A stretch of DNA of 49,055 nucleotides. It comes from Candidatus Cloacimonadota bacterium (GTDB lineage Bacteria; Cloacimonadota; Cloacimonadia; JGIOTU-2). Made by a program: the position numbers and the translations under genes. The notes beneath the pieces are model-generated. The model was not told the DNA's origin. It saw only the letters and a list, made by a program, of their open reading frames with translations, and made no database searches. The stretch is taken from contig JAUWPE010000002.1 of assembly GCA_030611765.1 (NCBI GenBank), forward strand, positions 1 through 49,055, given 5' to 3'. Shown here in pieces: positions 9,160 through 18,341 of the stretch. Numbering within the stretch: the first letter of the stretch is position 1; each line of letters begins with the position of its first letter.

Positions 9160-11280
9160 TTACCTTATTAGAACAATTTTCTTGGTTTCTGAAACGAAAT
9201 CATTAGATACAAGACGGTAGAAATAGATGCCGGTTGGCAACTTATTCCCATTATTATCAGTTCCATCCCATATTACATCTTTAAGTTCTGAGTTAGAAAT
9301 TCGGAGTTCAAAATTTTTTACCAAATTTCCTTTTAAATTATAAATTTTTATCTTTGCCTGCCGGGGCGGAGCGGAGCGAAGCCTGGTGGCTGAAAACGAT
9401 ATTGTGGTTGAGCCACTAAATGGGTTTGGTTTATTTTGATAAAGGTGTATCTCATCTATCAATTGAAAATCATCTTCAACAGCTACACCAGAGATCACTG
9501 TAACATCCCATAATGTGCTATCTGCCAATTCACCATCTGATACTAATGCCTTTACCACAAAATTACCGGTATCTGAAAAGGTATAAGTAAATTCATTAAT
9601 ACTTGAACCTTGTTGTATATCATCAAGATACCAATAATAATATAGAGAATCATTATCAGGATCTTCAGCTGTTATGCTAAATAATTGCTCCGTGTTTTGC
9701 ACAATTGAAAATGCTGTTTCTTCAGGAGAAAAATATGTTATTACTGGAGCATGGTTTGAGATATATTCATCTGCTCCAATATCTGGATTTATTGCATTAC
9801 GAGGATCGTAATCAATATCAGTTGTAATTCCTGCAATAGGAGTTGCTTGACCAATGCAAGGGCTGTTGGAATTCAAATGAAGATCAGGGAAGCTCAAATC
9901 GGGATCGCCTGTAAGAGAATTAACATCTCTCGGAGCATATCCGGACGAACTTTGTAAATCTGTAAGAGTATTATAATAATTACTTCCAACTCGTGCCACA
10001 AAACGATTATCAGAAGGGTCTTCAGAATTTACAGTTAAGAAATTATGATCGCTTTCTGCAAATGAAGATGCAGTCTTCAGATAAAGCGCACAGTGATCAT
10101 TTCCACCAACATTTCCAGTTCGCTCATTGATCAGGATGTTATTCTTTAGAATATTATCGCTTGTATCTTTATAGATTTTTATACAGTAAAAGTCAGGATA
10201 TTCTCTATTACACACACCTCCCATATACAGAGTGTTGTAATAAATTTGATTATTTGTAGCATCACCGGAAGACAAGTAAATGCAATAGCTGGTATTTGCA
10301 GTAAGTCCGGGAACAAGATAGATAATATTATTATAGACCAGATTATCGTGTGAGTCGGATGTAATAAATATACCACGACAACCTGAATTCTCACTATGTT
10401 TCAAATCGTGAATATAATTATTATGGATTTTTGTAGTTCCACTGCAGCTTGATGAGCCAGCCCTTATTCCGTAAACAGAACTTCTTGCCTCATCAAAAGT
10501 TTGATATACTTCATTTTTTTCTACATTACAATCCGCAACATCTGTAAAGATGAAGATGCCGTATTTTTGAAAATCGTGAACATCATTATTAATAATGTTG
10601 AAGTTGGAAAGTTGAATGCCAGGGTCTCCATCCATATAAACGCCATAAGTGGAACCGCCGACAACTTCGCAGTTAGAAAGTGTGAACGAATCTATACCAA
10701 CTAAAGGTGAAGTAACACCATAAGTTGAACAATAAACAGGAGTGGACCAACCTGTATTAGTCGCTACACTTATACTGTTAACTATCAAATTTTCCAATGT
10801 GATATTGTCTGAACCATTTGCTAACCAAAAAACAAACATATCCTCGTCATTATTACGATAGCCATTTATTGTCATATCTCTGCTGCCATCTTCAGAATTA
10901 TAAGCAGTTCCATTAAAAGTAATATAGTCCGAATTGTGAATTTTTAATCCGCAACTATAATCCCCGGTTATGGTTATGTTAATTTCTACTGTTGCCCCAA
11001 CATCAGGTTGGAATATAACGGGATTTGATTCGGTTGCTGCAACATCGAGAATAGTTAGATTATCATTTTCAGGGTAAATTCCATTGCGGATCAGGAACGT
11101 TACACCGCCGGTTCCCACGCCTTGAGAATTCAAATCATTGATAGCAGACTCAATTGTAGCATAATCAGGAGATGTTCCCCCAATATATTTAATTCCGGTA
11201 AGCTGTGCATGTGATAATGAAGGTAATAACATAAGAAGGCACAGCAAAGTTAATCCAATAAATTCTTTTTTTCTTTTCAT
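9160..11280 (-). CDS. Secreted right-handed parallel beta-helix repeat protein with Ig-like domain and T9SS-type CTD
   Basis: Signal peptide. Repetitive N-x-I/V-x-N beta-helix rungs (IHNNYIHD, VYNNIIY, LKNNILIN). C-terminal NKPNPFSGSTTISF...IKIYNLKGNLV...GIYFYRL. Confidence 0.7.
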   Translation of the reverse strand: MKRKKEFIGLTLLCLLMLLPSLSHAQLTGIKYIGGTSPDYATIESAINDLNSQGVGTGGVTFLIRNGIYPENDNLTILDVAATESNPVIFQPDVGATVEINITITGDYSCGLKIHNSDYITFNGTAYNSEDGSRDMTINGYRNNDEDMFVFWLANGSDNITLENLIVNSISVATNTGWSTPVYCSTYGVTSPLVGIDSFTLSNCEVVGGSTYGVYMDGDPGIQLSNFNIINNDVHDFQKYGIFIFTDVADCNVEKNEVYQTFDEARSSVYGIRAGSSSCSGTTKIHNNYIHDLKHSENSGCRGIFITSDSHDNLVYNNIIYLVPGLTANTSYCIYLSSGDATNNQIYYNTLYMGGVCNREYPDFYCIKIYKDTSDNILKNNILINERTGNVGGNDHCALYLKTASSFAESDHNFLTVNSEDPSDNRFVARVGSNYYNTLTDLQSSSGYAPRDVNSLTGDPDLSFPDLHLNSNSPCIGQATPIAGITTDIDYDPRNAINPDIGADEYISNHAPVITYFSPEETAFSIVQNTEQLFSITAEDPDNDSLYYYWYLDDIQQGSSINEFTYTFSDTGNFVVKALVSDGELADSTLWDVTVISGVAVEDDFQLIDEIHLYQNKPNPFSGSTTISFSATRLRSAPPRQAKIKIYNLKGNLVKNFELRISNSELKDVIWDGTDNNGNKLPTGIYFYRLVSNDFVSETKKIVLIR

Positions 11281-11380
11281 TTTTTTCTCCTTACCAAATT
11301 TTTTTAGTTAATTAATCTATAATATTTACAATATAAATATAATAGTTTATAAAAATTTGTTGTCCAACTTTATCAAAACT

Positions 11381-12256
11381 TTACTTAATCAATAAACATT
11401 TTTTTATCATTGAATAATCATCAACAACAAACTGATAAAAATATACTCCTGATGGAAAACCACTTGTGTAACAAGTTAATGAATATGAACCGTGAGTCTG
11501 ATACTCATTTACAAGTGTTTCCATTAATTTTCCTTTTACGTTATAGATGGACAAGCTGACTTTTCCTGATTTTTGTAACTGGTATGAAATTGTTGTTTCT
11601 GTATTAAAGGGATTTGGATAATTTTCAATATTGACTGCCGGAGGTATAAGAGCATTCTCATCTACAGCACTTGGGGTATAGTTTATTTCTAGATAAGGAT
11701 GCAGATTGGGATTTGAATATTCTTTTGAATAGAATTTACTCCATTTGTAACCTGCTTGTGCTCTGATTACAAATCCATAATTTTCTAACTGGCTATTGAC
11801 CCAAGATTGAACAAGATCAGTAATATTTACTTCAAACCAAATACCATAATTTCCACCAGTACCACTAAAAGTGAAAGAAGTCCAGACATAAGGGTTATAT
11901 TGAATGTGTGTATGAGGGTTCCAGGTTTCTTCGCTCCATTCCTCTGTGATTGCGTAAAAATTTGTGGCTGTTGTGCCACTCATAGGGCAAGAAAAGAAAC
12001 GATATAGATGTAAAGTTGCATCTTCAATAGTTGCATTTTCTAATTCACTCAAATCAAATTGGATCATAATGCGTTCGAAATGGTTTGCACCTGAAAATTC
12101 AGCCACCCATAATTGATCAGATGTCGGTGGCGTGGTAGGATGCTCTACATCAGTATACATATCATCGCAAGGTTCCAAATAGATAGTATCTGCATTTGCC
12201 AATACAGTGAATCCCATAATTAAGATGGTTAATACTAAAGTTAAGTAATGTTTCAT
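11381..12256 (-). CDS. Secreted DNRLRE-like domain protein with T9SS-type CTD
   Basis: Signal peptide. MIQFDLSELENATIEDATLHLYRF resembles the DNRLRE domain core. C-terminal YPNPFNTETTISY...LSIYNVKGKLM...GVYFYQF. Confidence 0.55.
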   Translation of the reverse strand: MKHYLTLVLTILIMGFTVLANADTIYLEPCDDMYTDVEHPTTPPTSDQLWVAEFSGANHFERIMIQFDLSELENATIEDATLHLYRFFSCPMSGTTATNFYAITEEWSEETWNPHTHIQYNPYVWTSFTFSGTGGNYGIWFEVNITDLVQSWVNSQLENYGFVIRAQAGYKWSKFYSKEYSNPNLHPYLEINYTPSAVDENALIPPAVNIENYPNPFNTETTISYQLQKSGKVSLSIYNVKGKLMETLVNEYQTHGSYSLTCYTSGFPSGVYFYQFVVDDYSMIKKCLLIK

Positions 12257-12308
12257 TTTTGCTCCTTTTCCCGAATTATCGGGACATTTTTTTAGTTTTT
12301 AATCATGG

Positions 12309-13481
12309 TTAAAAACCACTCTGAATCCTAATTGTTAGTTTCTTTGCTTCCTTAAATTCATTATCAGGAACATCCACAGGCACCTCATAATCAATTTTCA
12401 GTTTGGTGTGTTTCTCATCTAATCCAATGGTAATACCGGCAGTAAAATAGCTGGAAACAAAATCATCACAATAAATATGTTCAACGATTTGAGTTGATCC
12501 AATATCCCAGTAATAACCTTTAGCATTTGAGGCCTTATTCCATGACTGATACATAGCATAGGGCTGGATATAAGGAATTTTGTCCCAATTTGTTTTGATG
12601 GTGTAGGCTCCTTCGATGTAAAAGGCGTTCATTTTAAGGTCTTTGGCAGATTTAACAGTATCCGGAATTGTGCTACCCGGAAATCCTTTGCCTGTGTAAT
12701 ATTCTCCACGAATAAAAATATTGTGAAAATCAAATTCAGCACCAAATCCCATTCTATTACTTTTTTCATAAATAGGTTCAAAAGTAACCGGATCAGTTTT
12801 TCCAAGGTCTTGCTTGATGTCATTATAGTATCCACAAATTGATATTCCCGGTAAAGGGGTGCGGAAAATCAGACCAATATTCCTATCATATTCTTTATCC
12901 AAAGATTTTCCCTTGAATCCGTTTAAAAAAGCAAGTTGTGTGGAAAAGCCCATCGTTTCAGAAACATCATAGTCTGCTTCCACAACAGCACCTGTAGCAT
13001 GACATTGACCTATAAATGCAGCACCCGAATGTGGTTTTTCTACTGTTAGCACTTCTGTGCAACATTGATGAATTTCAAACCCGCGCATAATATGTCCCTT
13101 CATAAGACCAAGTTTTATCCTTTCAAAAGGTCTATAAAAAACACCAGCTTCCTTTAGTCCAAAACCGGTTTCCTCTCCTGAGAAAGGACAAGTTGACACT
13201 CCAAATTCCATATTGTATTCAATACTCTTTCCGAATTTGCCAATTACTTCTATCATTGCACTACGAACAGCGAATTTACTATCAGGGACTTTATACAATG
13301 TTTTTTCAAAACTACCCTGCCAGGATGAATCTTGAACGACAACATCATCTCCAAAAGATGTTTCGATTTGCATAACGATATCTACATGAATTTCAGGTAA
13401 CTCTAATTCAGTAGCATTTAAGATGCCAATAGTTAGCAAAAACATTATTAACGATATTAATGATTTCACATTATTTTTCAT
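12309..13481 (-). CDS. Outer-membrane beta-barrel (porin-like) protein
   Basis: Signal peptide, alternating amphipathic strands and a C-terminal aromatic residue (IRIQSGF). No specific family recognised. Confidence 0.45.
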   Translation of the reverse strand: MKNNVKSLISLIMFLLTIGILNATELELPEIHVDIVMQIETSFGDDVVVQDSSWQGSFEKTLYKVPDSKFAVRSAMIEVIGKFGKSIEYNMEFGVSTCPFSGEETGFGLKEAGVFYRPFERIKLGLMKGHIMRGFEIHQCCTEVLTVEKPHSGAAFIGQCHATGAVVEADYDVSETMGFSTQLAFLNGFKGKSLDKEYDRNIGLIFRTPLPGISICGYYNDIKQDLGKTDPVTFEPIYEKSNRMGFGAEFDFHNIFIRGEYYTGKGFPGSTIPDTVKSAKDLKMNAFYIEGAYTIKTNWDKIPYIQPYAMYQSWNKASNAKGYYWDIGSTQIVEHIYCDDFVSSYFTAGITIGLDEKHTKLKIDYEVPVDVPDNEFKEAKKLTIRIQSGF

Positions 13482-13543
13482 TACCTAACTCCTTTTTCAT
13501 TTAATTTTTTATTTTTTAATCTATTCATTATAATTTTGTATCC

Positions 13544-14194
13544 TTATTCAACTATAAAAATATCCTTTACTGGCAAAGTCATAAATTTGTGTTTAAGTTC
13601 CCGCTTGATTACCCAAAAAGTCTCTTCCTTTTCAACCGTAAATGTTTTTCCGTATTTAACAATTTTCCGCAGTTCAAAGAATCCTTCAGGAAAAAGTCTT
13701 TCTTTCATTCGGATTCTAATAGAATCGTTGGTTGACTTCCGAATAAAAAGAAATTCAAAATTATTACTTTTCATATTTTCAATATCAGTTCCTGTAGGAA
13801 GCTCAAGTTTGAAATCATTCCCTTCCCCTCTTGTTGTCATGCGTGTAATAACTTCAAAACAATCTTTCGTTCCTGGAGTTGGGCAGGCACTAATTATTTT
13901 AAAATCACCTCTTTTGGGTATTTCATCCTGCCACAACTGTGAGATAGCCAGTTGCATTGCTCTAAATGCAACTGTAAGACAAAGGCACACATCACCATGA
14001 TATTTTCCCACATCTTCTATTGATATTTCAAGCAGATCTTCTTCATCATAAATAAATATAGGAGATATGTTGGCTATAACTTTTTGTGTGGTGAGAATTT
14101 CGGTAGTAGCTTTGTCAGCGCCTTCTATTTTCGTGAAGATACCGAAAATCAGTAAAAGGCACACAAAACAAATTATAGATTTTACTTTATTCAT
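13544..14194 (-). CDS. Secreted protein, possibly FmdE-like domain
   Basis: KYHGDVCLCLTVAFRAMQLA weakly resembles the FHGHxCPGxxxGxRA core of FmdE-family domains. Start moved to M13 (MNKVKSIICFV signal peptide). Confidence 0.3.
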   Translation of the reverse strand: MNKVKSIICFVCLLLIFGIFTKIEGADKATTEILTTQKVIANISPIFIYDEEDLLEISIEDVGKYHGDVCLCLTVAFRAMQLAISQLWQDEIPKRGDFKIISACPTPGTKDCFEVITRMTTRGEGNDFKLELPTGTDIENMKSNNFEFLFIRKSTNDSIRIRMKERLFPEGFFELRKIVKYGKTFTVEKEETFWVIKRELKHKFMTLPVKDIFIVE

Positions 14195-14220
14195 TTTTTC
14201 TTTTCTCTTTTTTCTATGAG

Positions 14221-14239
14221 ATTTAGACACATTCTCAAC
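14221..14239 (-). promoter_or_regulatory. Palindromic operator copy 1 (GTTGAGAATGTGTCTAAAT) with upstream TTGACA
   Basis: Lies 27 nt upstream of start 14194. TTGACA at 14258-14253 and a TATATTTTTT block in between. Confidence 0.5.
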
Positions 14240-14341
14240 TTGAAAAAATATATGTCAAGTCTTTTTTTCATTTTTTTTCTTAAGAGCAATATAAAACTTT
14301 TTTAACCATCAAAAATCAACCGCGATTTTGATACATTTAAT

Positions 14342-15070
14342 TTAGCACAAAAAACCAATTAATAAAACACATATCATTCCCAAAATTAGACTTACAATTC
14401 CTATTTTGGGATTCTGTTTTATTTGGGCTGCTGGAATTAGTTCTTCTATTGAGATGTATGTCATAAATCCAGCCGCAAGCGCAAGTGAGACACCTAATAG
14501 ATTTAAAGATGATCCTTTCAAAAGATAGTAGCCAAAAATAAAACCAACTAATTCAAACAATATTGTTATGGTTACGATAATGAAGGATTTCATCCTCTTT
14601 TTGGTTAAGCCATACAAAGGAACGATAGTTGCAATATTCTCTGGCACATCCTGTGCCGCAATTCCTAATGCGATTGTTATTCCAAGTGTAGGTGTTAAAG
14701 CAAATCCAACACCGATTGCCAATCCTTCTGGAATATTATGCAAAGCCATTCCAATAACAAGCATAGTAACACTTCTTTTTATAGACGGTTTTTCTTTCTT
14801 GAGCAATTCTGGATTTATATGTGGTAAGGTAATATCAATAATTCTAAATATTGCAATTCCAATGATAAAAGAGATAATAACTAAATAAAAAGGTATAATT
14901 TTCAGACTTTCAGGTATCAATTGAAGAAACGAAATACCCAGCATCATTGATGCGGCAAATGCTAAAGAACCATATAAAATTGTCTCTTTGGGCTTTTTTA
15001 TCAATCCAACCAAGCAACCCAGAGTTTGACCAACAAAGATTAGAACTATTATTAACAATAGATTTTCCAT
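14342..15070 (-). CDS. zupT: ZIP-family zinc/divalent metal transporter
   Basis: Multi-TM protein with the signature HNIPEGLAIG and the AAQDVPENIA region. Confidence 0.85.
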   Translation of the reverse strand: MENLLLIIVLIFVGQTLGCLVGLIKKPKETILYGSLAFAASMMLGISFLQLIPESLKIIPFYLVIISFIIGIAIFRIIDITLPHINPELLKKEKPSIKRSVTMLVIGMALHNIPEGLAIGVGFALTPTLGITIALGIAAQDVPENIATIVPLYGLTKKRMKSFIIVTITILFELVGFIFGYYLLKGSSLNLLGVSLALAAGFMTYISIEELIPAAQIKQNPKIGIVSLILGMICVLLIGFLC

Positions 15071-15306
15071 TTATTACCTATTCACTTAGTTATTTTTAAG
15101 CCTTTTAAACATCAATAGAGCCAAAATAACTTGTGTAATTGCAAGACTTTCAAATATTATCAATATTGCTATTTTCTCTATCTGGAACATCTCGAGACCT
15201 AAATTATGAATCATAATTATTGAAGTAAGGAAAGTAATAATTAAAGGTATTAAAACAGCTAACCACGGAATGTGTCAAGTATTTTTGGACACTTTTCGAG
15301 TTTAAA

Positions 15307-16314
15307 TTAAGCATCATTTTTTTCCTTATTTTCGATATTATCGGGTTTATTGATCCAAACAGATTTTGGCAGATTTTTCAATTTTGGTTTCATAAATCTA
15401 AATCGTTTGGGATTCTTCTCAAATGCATTTAACAAGACCTTCTTTCTATTTTCCAGAATATCCTCAGCAAAGCCATAGTGAACAGATTTCGGTGTTAGAA
15501 AACCTATTCCGGAATGGTAATGTTTCTTATTATACCAATCAAAGAATAAGTGGCAGAATTCCCTTGCTTCCGCCATTGAATTGAATCTCTCAGGGAAATC
15601 AGGGCGATATTTCATTGTCTTAAAATGTGATTCCGAAAACGGGTTATCATTACTGATATAAGGTCTGGAATGTGATTTTGTAACACCCAGATCGCTCAAA
15701 AGAAATGCTACCTGTTTTGATTTCATACTGCTTCCTCGATCAGCGTGAATGGTAAGTTGTCCAGGTTCAATATTTTGTCTTCTACATGTCTCCTCGATTA
15801 GTTGCCTAGCAAGTGAAGAGAGTTCTCTATACGCTACCATCCAACCCACAACAAAACGACTGAAGATGTCGATGATCACATATAAATAGAAATATGTCCA
15901 CTTCTCAGGTCCTTTCAATTTGGTGATATCCCAGCTCCAGATTTGATTAGCTTTGTTTGATAGAAGTTCCGGTTTCTGATAGTTATTAGACCTTCTCACT
16001 TTTCTTCTTTCTTTGACTTGATCATTTTCACTTAAAATACGATACATAGTGCGTACAGAACAACGATACTCTCCTGCATCAAGTTGGGAAGCATAAATCT
16101 CATATGGAGTTTGGTTCATATAAATATCAGAATTCATAACATTCAGGATTTCCTGCTTTTCTGCGGGTGTATAGGCAAAATCCGGTAATTTTCTTTCTTT
16201 ATACAGAGCTGGCTTTGTAGCAGGATGCTTCCAATAATAATAGGAAGATCGTGGAATGGAAAAACTATTACACGCTTTTTTTGTTCCTACTTTTGCGGAA
16301 AGTTCACTTACCAT
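15307..16314 (-). CDS. IS3-family transposase OrfB (DDE/rve integrase core)
   Basis: WSWDITKL (D), HADRGSSM (D) and NPFSESHFKTMK (E) follow the DDE pattern of IS3 transposases. The frame is open upstream to 16389. Confidence 0.9.
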   Translation of the reverse strand: MVSELSAKVGTKKACNSFSIPRSSYYYWKHPATKPALYKERKLPDFAYTPAEKQEILNVMNSDIYMNQTPYEIYASQLDAGEYRCSVRTMYRILSENDQVKERRKVRRSNNYQKPELLSNKANQIWSWDITKLKGPEKWTYFYLYVIIDIFSRFVVGWMVAYRELSSLARQLIEETCRRQNIEPGQLTIHADRGSSMKSKQVAFLLSDLGVTKSHSRPYISNDNPFSESHFKTMKYRPDFPERFNSMAEAREFCHLFFDWYNKKHYHSGIGFLTPKSVHYGFAEDILENRKKVLLNAFEKNPKRFRFMKPKLKNLPKSVWINKPDNIENKEKNDA

Positions 16315-16363
16315 TTTTCTGCAATCCTCATTTTTTATGACAAATCCTCCTGATCTAATATTT

Positions 16364-16789
16364 CTAAAATTTTTTTTGAGCTTCGATGATTAGTTTTGTC
16401 TGATTCAATTCTCTCTGGAGTTTTCTGTTCTTTTTTGATAATTCAGCTACTTTTTTCTGATTTTTATCTTTCAACTTTTTGTTTAATTTTCCCTGTTCCA
16501 GCTGTTCACGCCACTTTGTGATGTTAGAGGAATAGAGTCCTTCTCTTCGTAATATTGCTCCTATTTTTCCTGGTTGAGTACCCGCATCGATTTCTTTTAA
16601 TATTCTTAATTTGAACTCATTAGCAAATCTTCGTCTTCTCCTTTTCATACTTACTTCAGTATCTGGAATATCTTGATGAAGTTTTCGAATCGATTTTGGA
16701 GAATCTCCAGTCGACCTACGGTCTCCTTTCAATTCCCCAAAACCAATAACTCTCTTTGCAACAGCCCGTGAACAATCAATTTCTTTCAT
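16364..16789 (-). CDS. IS3-family transposase OrfA (HTH plus leucine-zipper-like tail)
   Basis: RRRRFANEFKLRILKEIDAG...ILRREGLYSSNITKWREQ is typical of IS3/IS911 OrfA. The ORF ends in an A8 run. Confidence 0.85.
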   Translation of the reverse strand: MKEIDCSRAVAKRVIGFGELKGDRRSTGDSPKSIRKLHQDIPDTEVSMKRRRRRFANEFKLRILKEIDAGTQPGKIGAILRREGLYSSNITKWREQLEQGKLNKKLKDKNQKKVAELSKKNRKLQRELNQTKLIIEAQKKF

Positions 16790-16852
16790 TTTTCACCTTT
16801 CGTTTCCTACACTAAATTAGTGTCGAAAAATGTCCAGTGTCATCTTGGCACA

Positions 16853-17061
16853 GAGGGCCAATGTGCCACGGGCTTAACTGCTTCTTTATATTTTTTAAGA
16901 GATAAAATCCCGATGAATGTTGTTAGAACTGTTGCAATTAATCCAAGTATTACTCCTCTAAAATAAACAAAACCACAAATATACCAAATCACTTTAAATA
17001 TAAAATACAATAAACCAAGTAGATTATAAATAAGATATATTTTCTCTTTTATGATTTTCAT
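16853..17061 (-). pseudogene. 5-prime part of a small membrane-protein gene apparently interrupted by the IS
   Basis: ORF 16840-17061 encodes two TM helices and runs into the IS terminal repeat. A hydrophobic open frame (PWLAVLIPLIITFLT...KRLKNN) also abuts the other IS end at about 15087-15270. I could not join the two in frame. Confidence 0.35.
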
Positions 17062-17208
17062 AATTTAACCTGTGTTCACCCCGTTAGATAAATTTAGCAT
17101 ATTTGATATTGAACTTCATTCGGATATGAGAAGTTACCTGATAAGATAACTACACACCAGCATGAATATCTAACGGGGTAAATCCGTTTTATCCGTGTAA
17201 TCCGCGTT

Positions 17209-17610
17209 CTATCTTTCTTTGAGCCACTTGAAAGAAACAATGTTCAGCATTATACCGGATATTAAAACAAATGTCAGCAAGACTATCTGATGCAGGTCAA
17301 CCGGACTTTCTCCAAGATGTTCAAACAGATGGAAAACATTCATCAAACTGAAAAGTAAACTGAACACAAAATTGGTAATCCTATACCATTTTGTTTCAAG
17401 GAATGAAGTAAGCACAATAATAATCATCGGGATTAGAAAGAAAAAGAGCATCATATACAAACTTGATTGCATCGGGTTTTTTGCAATTTGCTCTTGAGAC
17501 ATAGAAATGCTCTCTCCCCAAAAGAGCGGAAATATCCCTAAAAGTGAATGTAATATCATTCCAAAAAGGAATATTACCCACAAAGTTACTACTTTCATTT
17601 TGTTAGTCAT
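17209..17610 (-). CDS. Small integral membrane protein (4 predicted TM), unknown function
   Basis: Hydrophobic-helix pattern only. Confidence 0.4.
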   Translation of the reverse strand: MTNKMKVVTLWVIFLFGMILHSLLGIFPLFWGESISMSQEQIAKNPMQSSLYMMLFFFLIPMIIIVLTSFLETKWYRITNFVFSLLFSLMNVFHLFEHLGESPVDLHQIVLLTFVLISGIMLNIVSFKWLKER

Positions 17611-17631
17611 TACTAACCTCCATTTTTTTGT

Positions 17632-18240
17632 TTATTTTAGCAAATCCGAACATAATATTTTAGACCATTCACGAATTGCATTTGGATTGAGATATTCTCC
17701 TGTTTTTACTTCTTTTACAATCAAGGTTATAAATTTCATTAAAACTTTATGGAAAAAATTCAATCTACCGAAATCCAGTCGTCCTTTAAAAACAGCCACA
17801 CTTACCGGTTTCACATTTGGAATTATTTTAGATAATTGATTTCTATAAAAAGAACAGGTGTGTGATTTCTGCCACATATTCATTTCATTTTCTGGCTTTG
17901 GAATTATGTTGAATTGAGGATCTTCATAAACTATCGATTCCGGTGAATTCTTGCCTGTGATTTTTGTTAAACACATACAAGTGAAAAAGAAAGCGAAAGG
18001 TTTTTGTATCAGTTCTTTATCAAATCTTTTTAGAAATTTCTTAATCTTCGGAGTAGGCTTTCCATACCAGTTCGGACTTCCGACGATTATTACATCATAT
18101 TCTGAAATATCATCAATATCTATAATATTTCTCACATCTGATTCGGTTTTAAGTCTTTTCATTTCTTCACCAATAATTTCTGCCACTTCTCTTGTTGAAC
18201 CGGATTCGGTATCGTAGATAATCAATATTTTTTTGTTCAT
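17632..18240 (-). CDS. Flavodoxin-family protein
   Basis: The N-terminal KILIIYDTESGSTREVAEII FMN-phosphate loop and IIVGSPNWYG are typical of flavodoxin-like folds. Confidence 0.7.
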   Translation of the reverse strand: MNKKILIIYDTESGSTREVAEIIGEEMKRLKTESDVRNIIDIDDISEYDVIIVGSPNWYGKPTPKIKKFLKRFDKELIQKPFAFFFTCMCLTKITGKNSPESIVYEDPQFNIIPKPENEMNMWQKSHTCSFYRNQLSKIIPNVKPVSVAVFKGRLDFGRLNFFHKVLMKFITLIVKEVKTGEYLNPNAIREWSKILCSDLLK

Positions 18241-18341
18241 TTTTCATTACCTCTTTTTATAGGTTCGACCGGACTTCATCGCGAAGCAGATGGAGTTCAG
18301 TTTGATTGTCTTGTCGTCTCAAGTCCATTCTCGCTTCGCTC

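Larger units (their letters stand above)
15271..16852 (-). mobile_element. IS3-family insertion sequence (about 1.58 kb) with imperfect terminal inverted repeats
   Basis: The ends TGTGTCAAGTATTTTTGGACACTTTTCGA (15271 onward) and the reverse complement of 16852, TGTGCCAAGATGACACTGGACATTTTTCGA, align. The element contains orfA and orfB. I could not see a clean target-site duplication. Confidence 0.85.

Noticed and set aside
15261-16862. Target-site duplication flanking the IS3 element and in-frame rejoining of the interrupted membrane gene
   Set aside because: The flanks read ...cacggaa and gagggcc..., with no identical 3-4 bp direct repeat. The two hydrophobic half-ORFs do not join in frame with my boundary calls, so the interruption model stays tentative.
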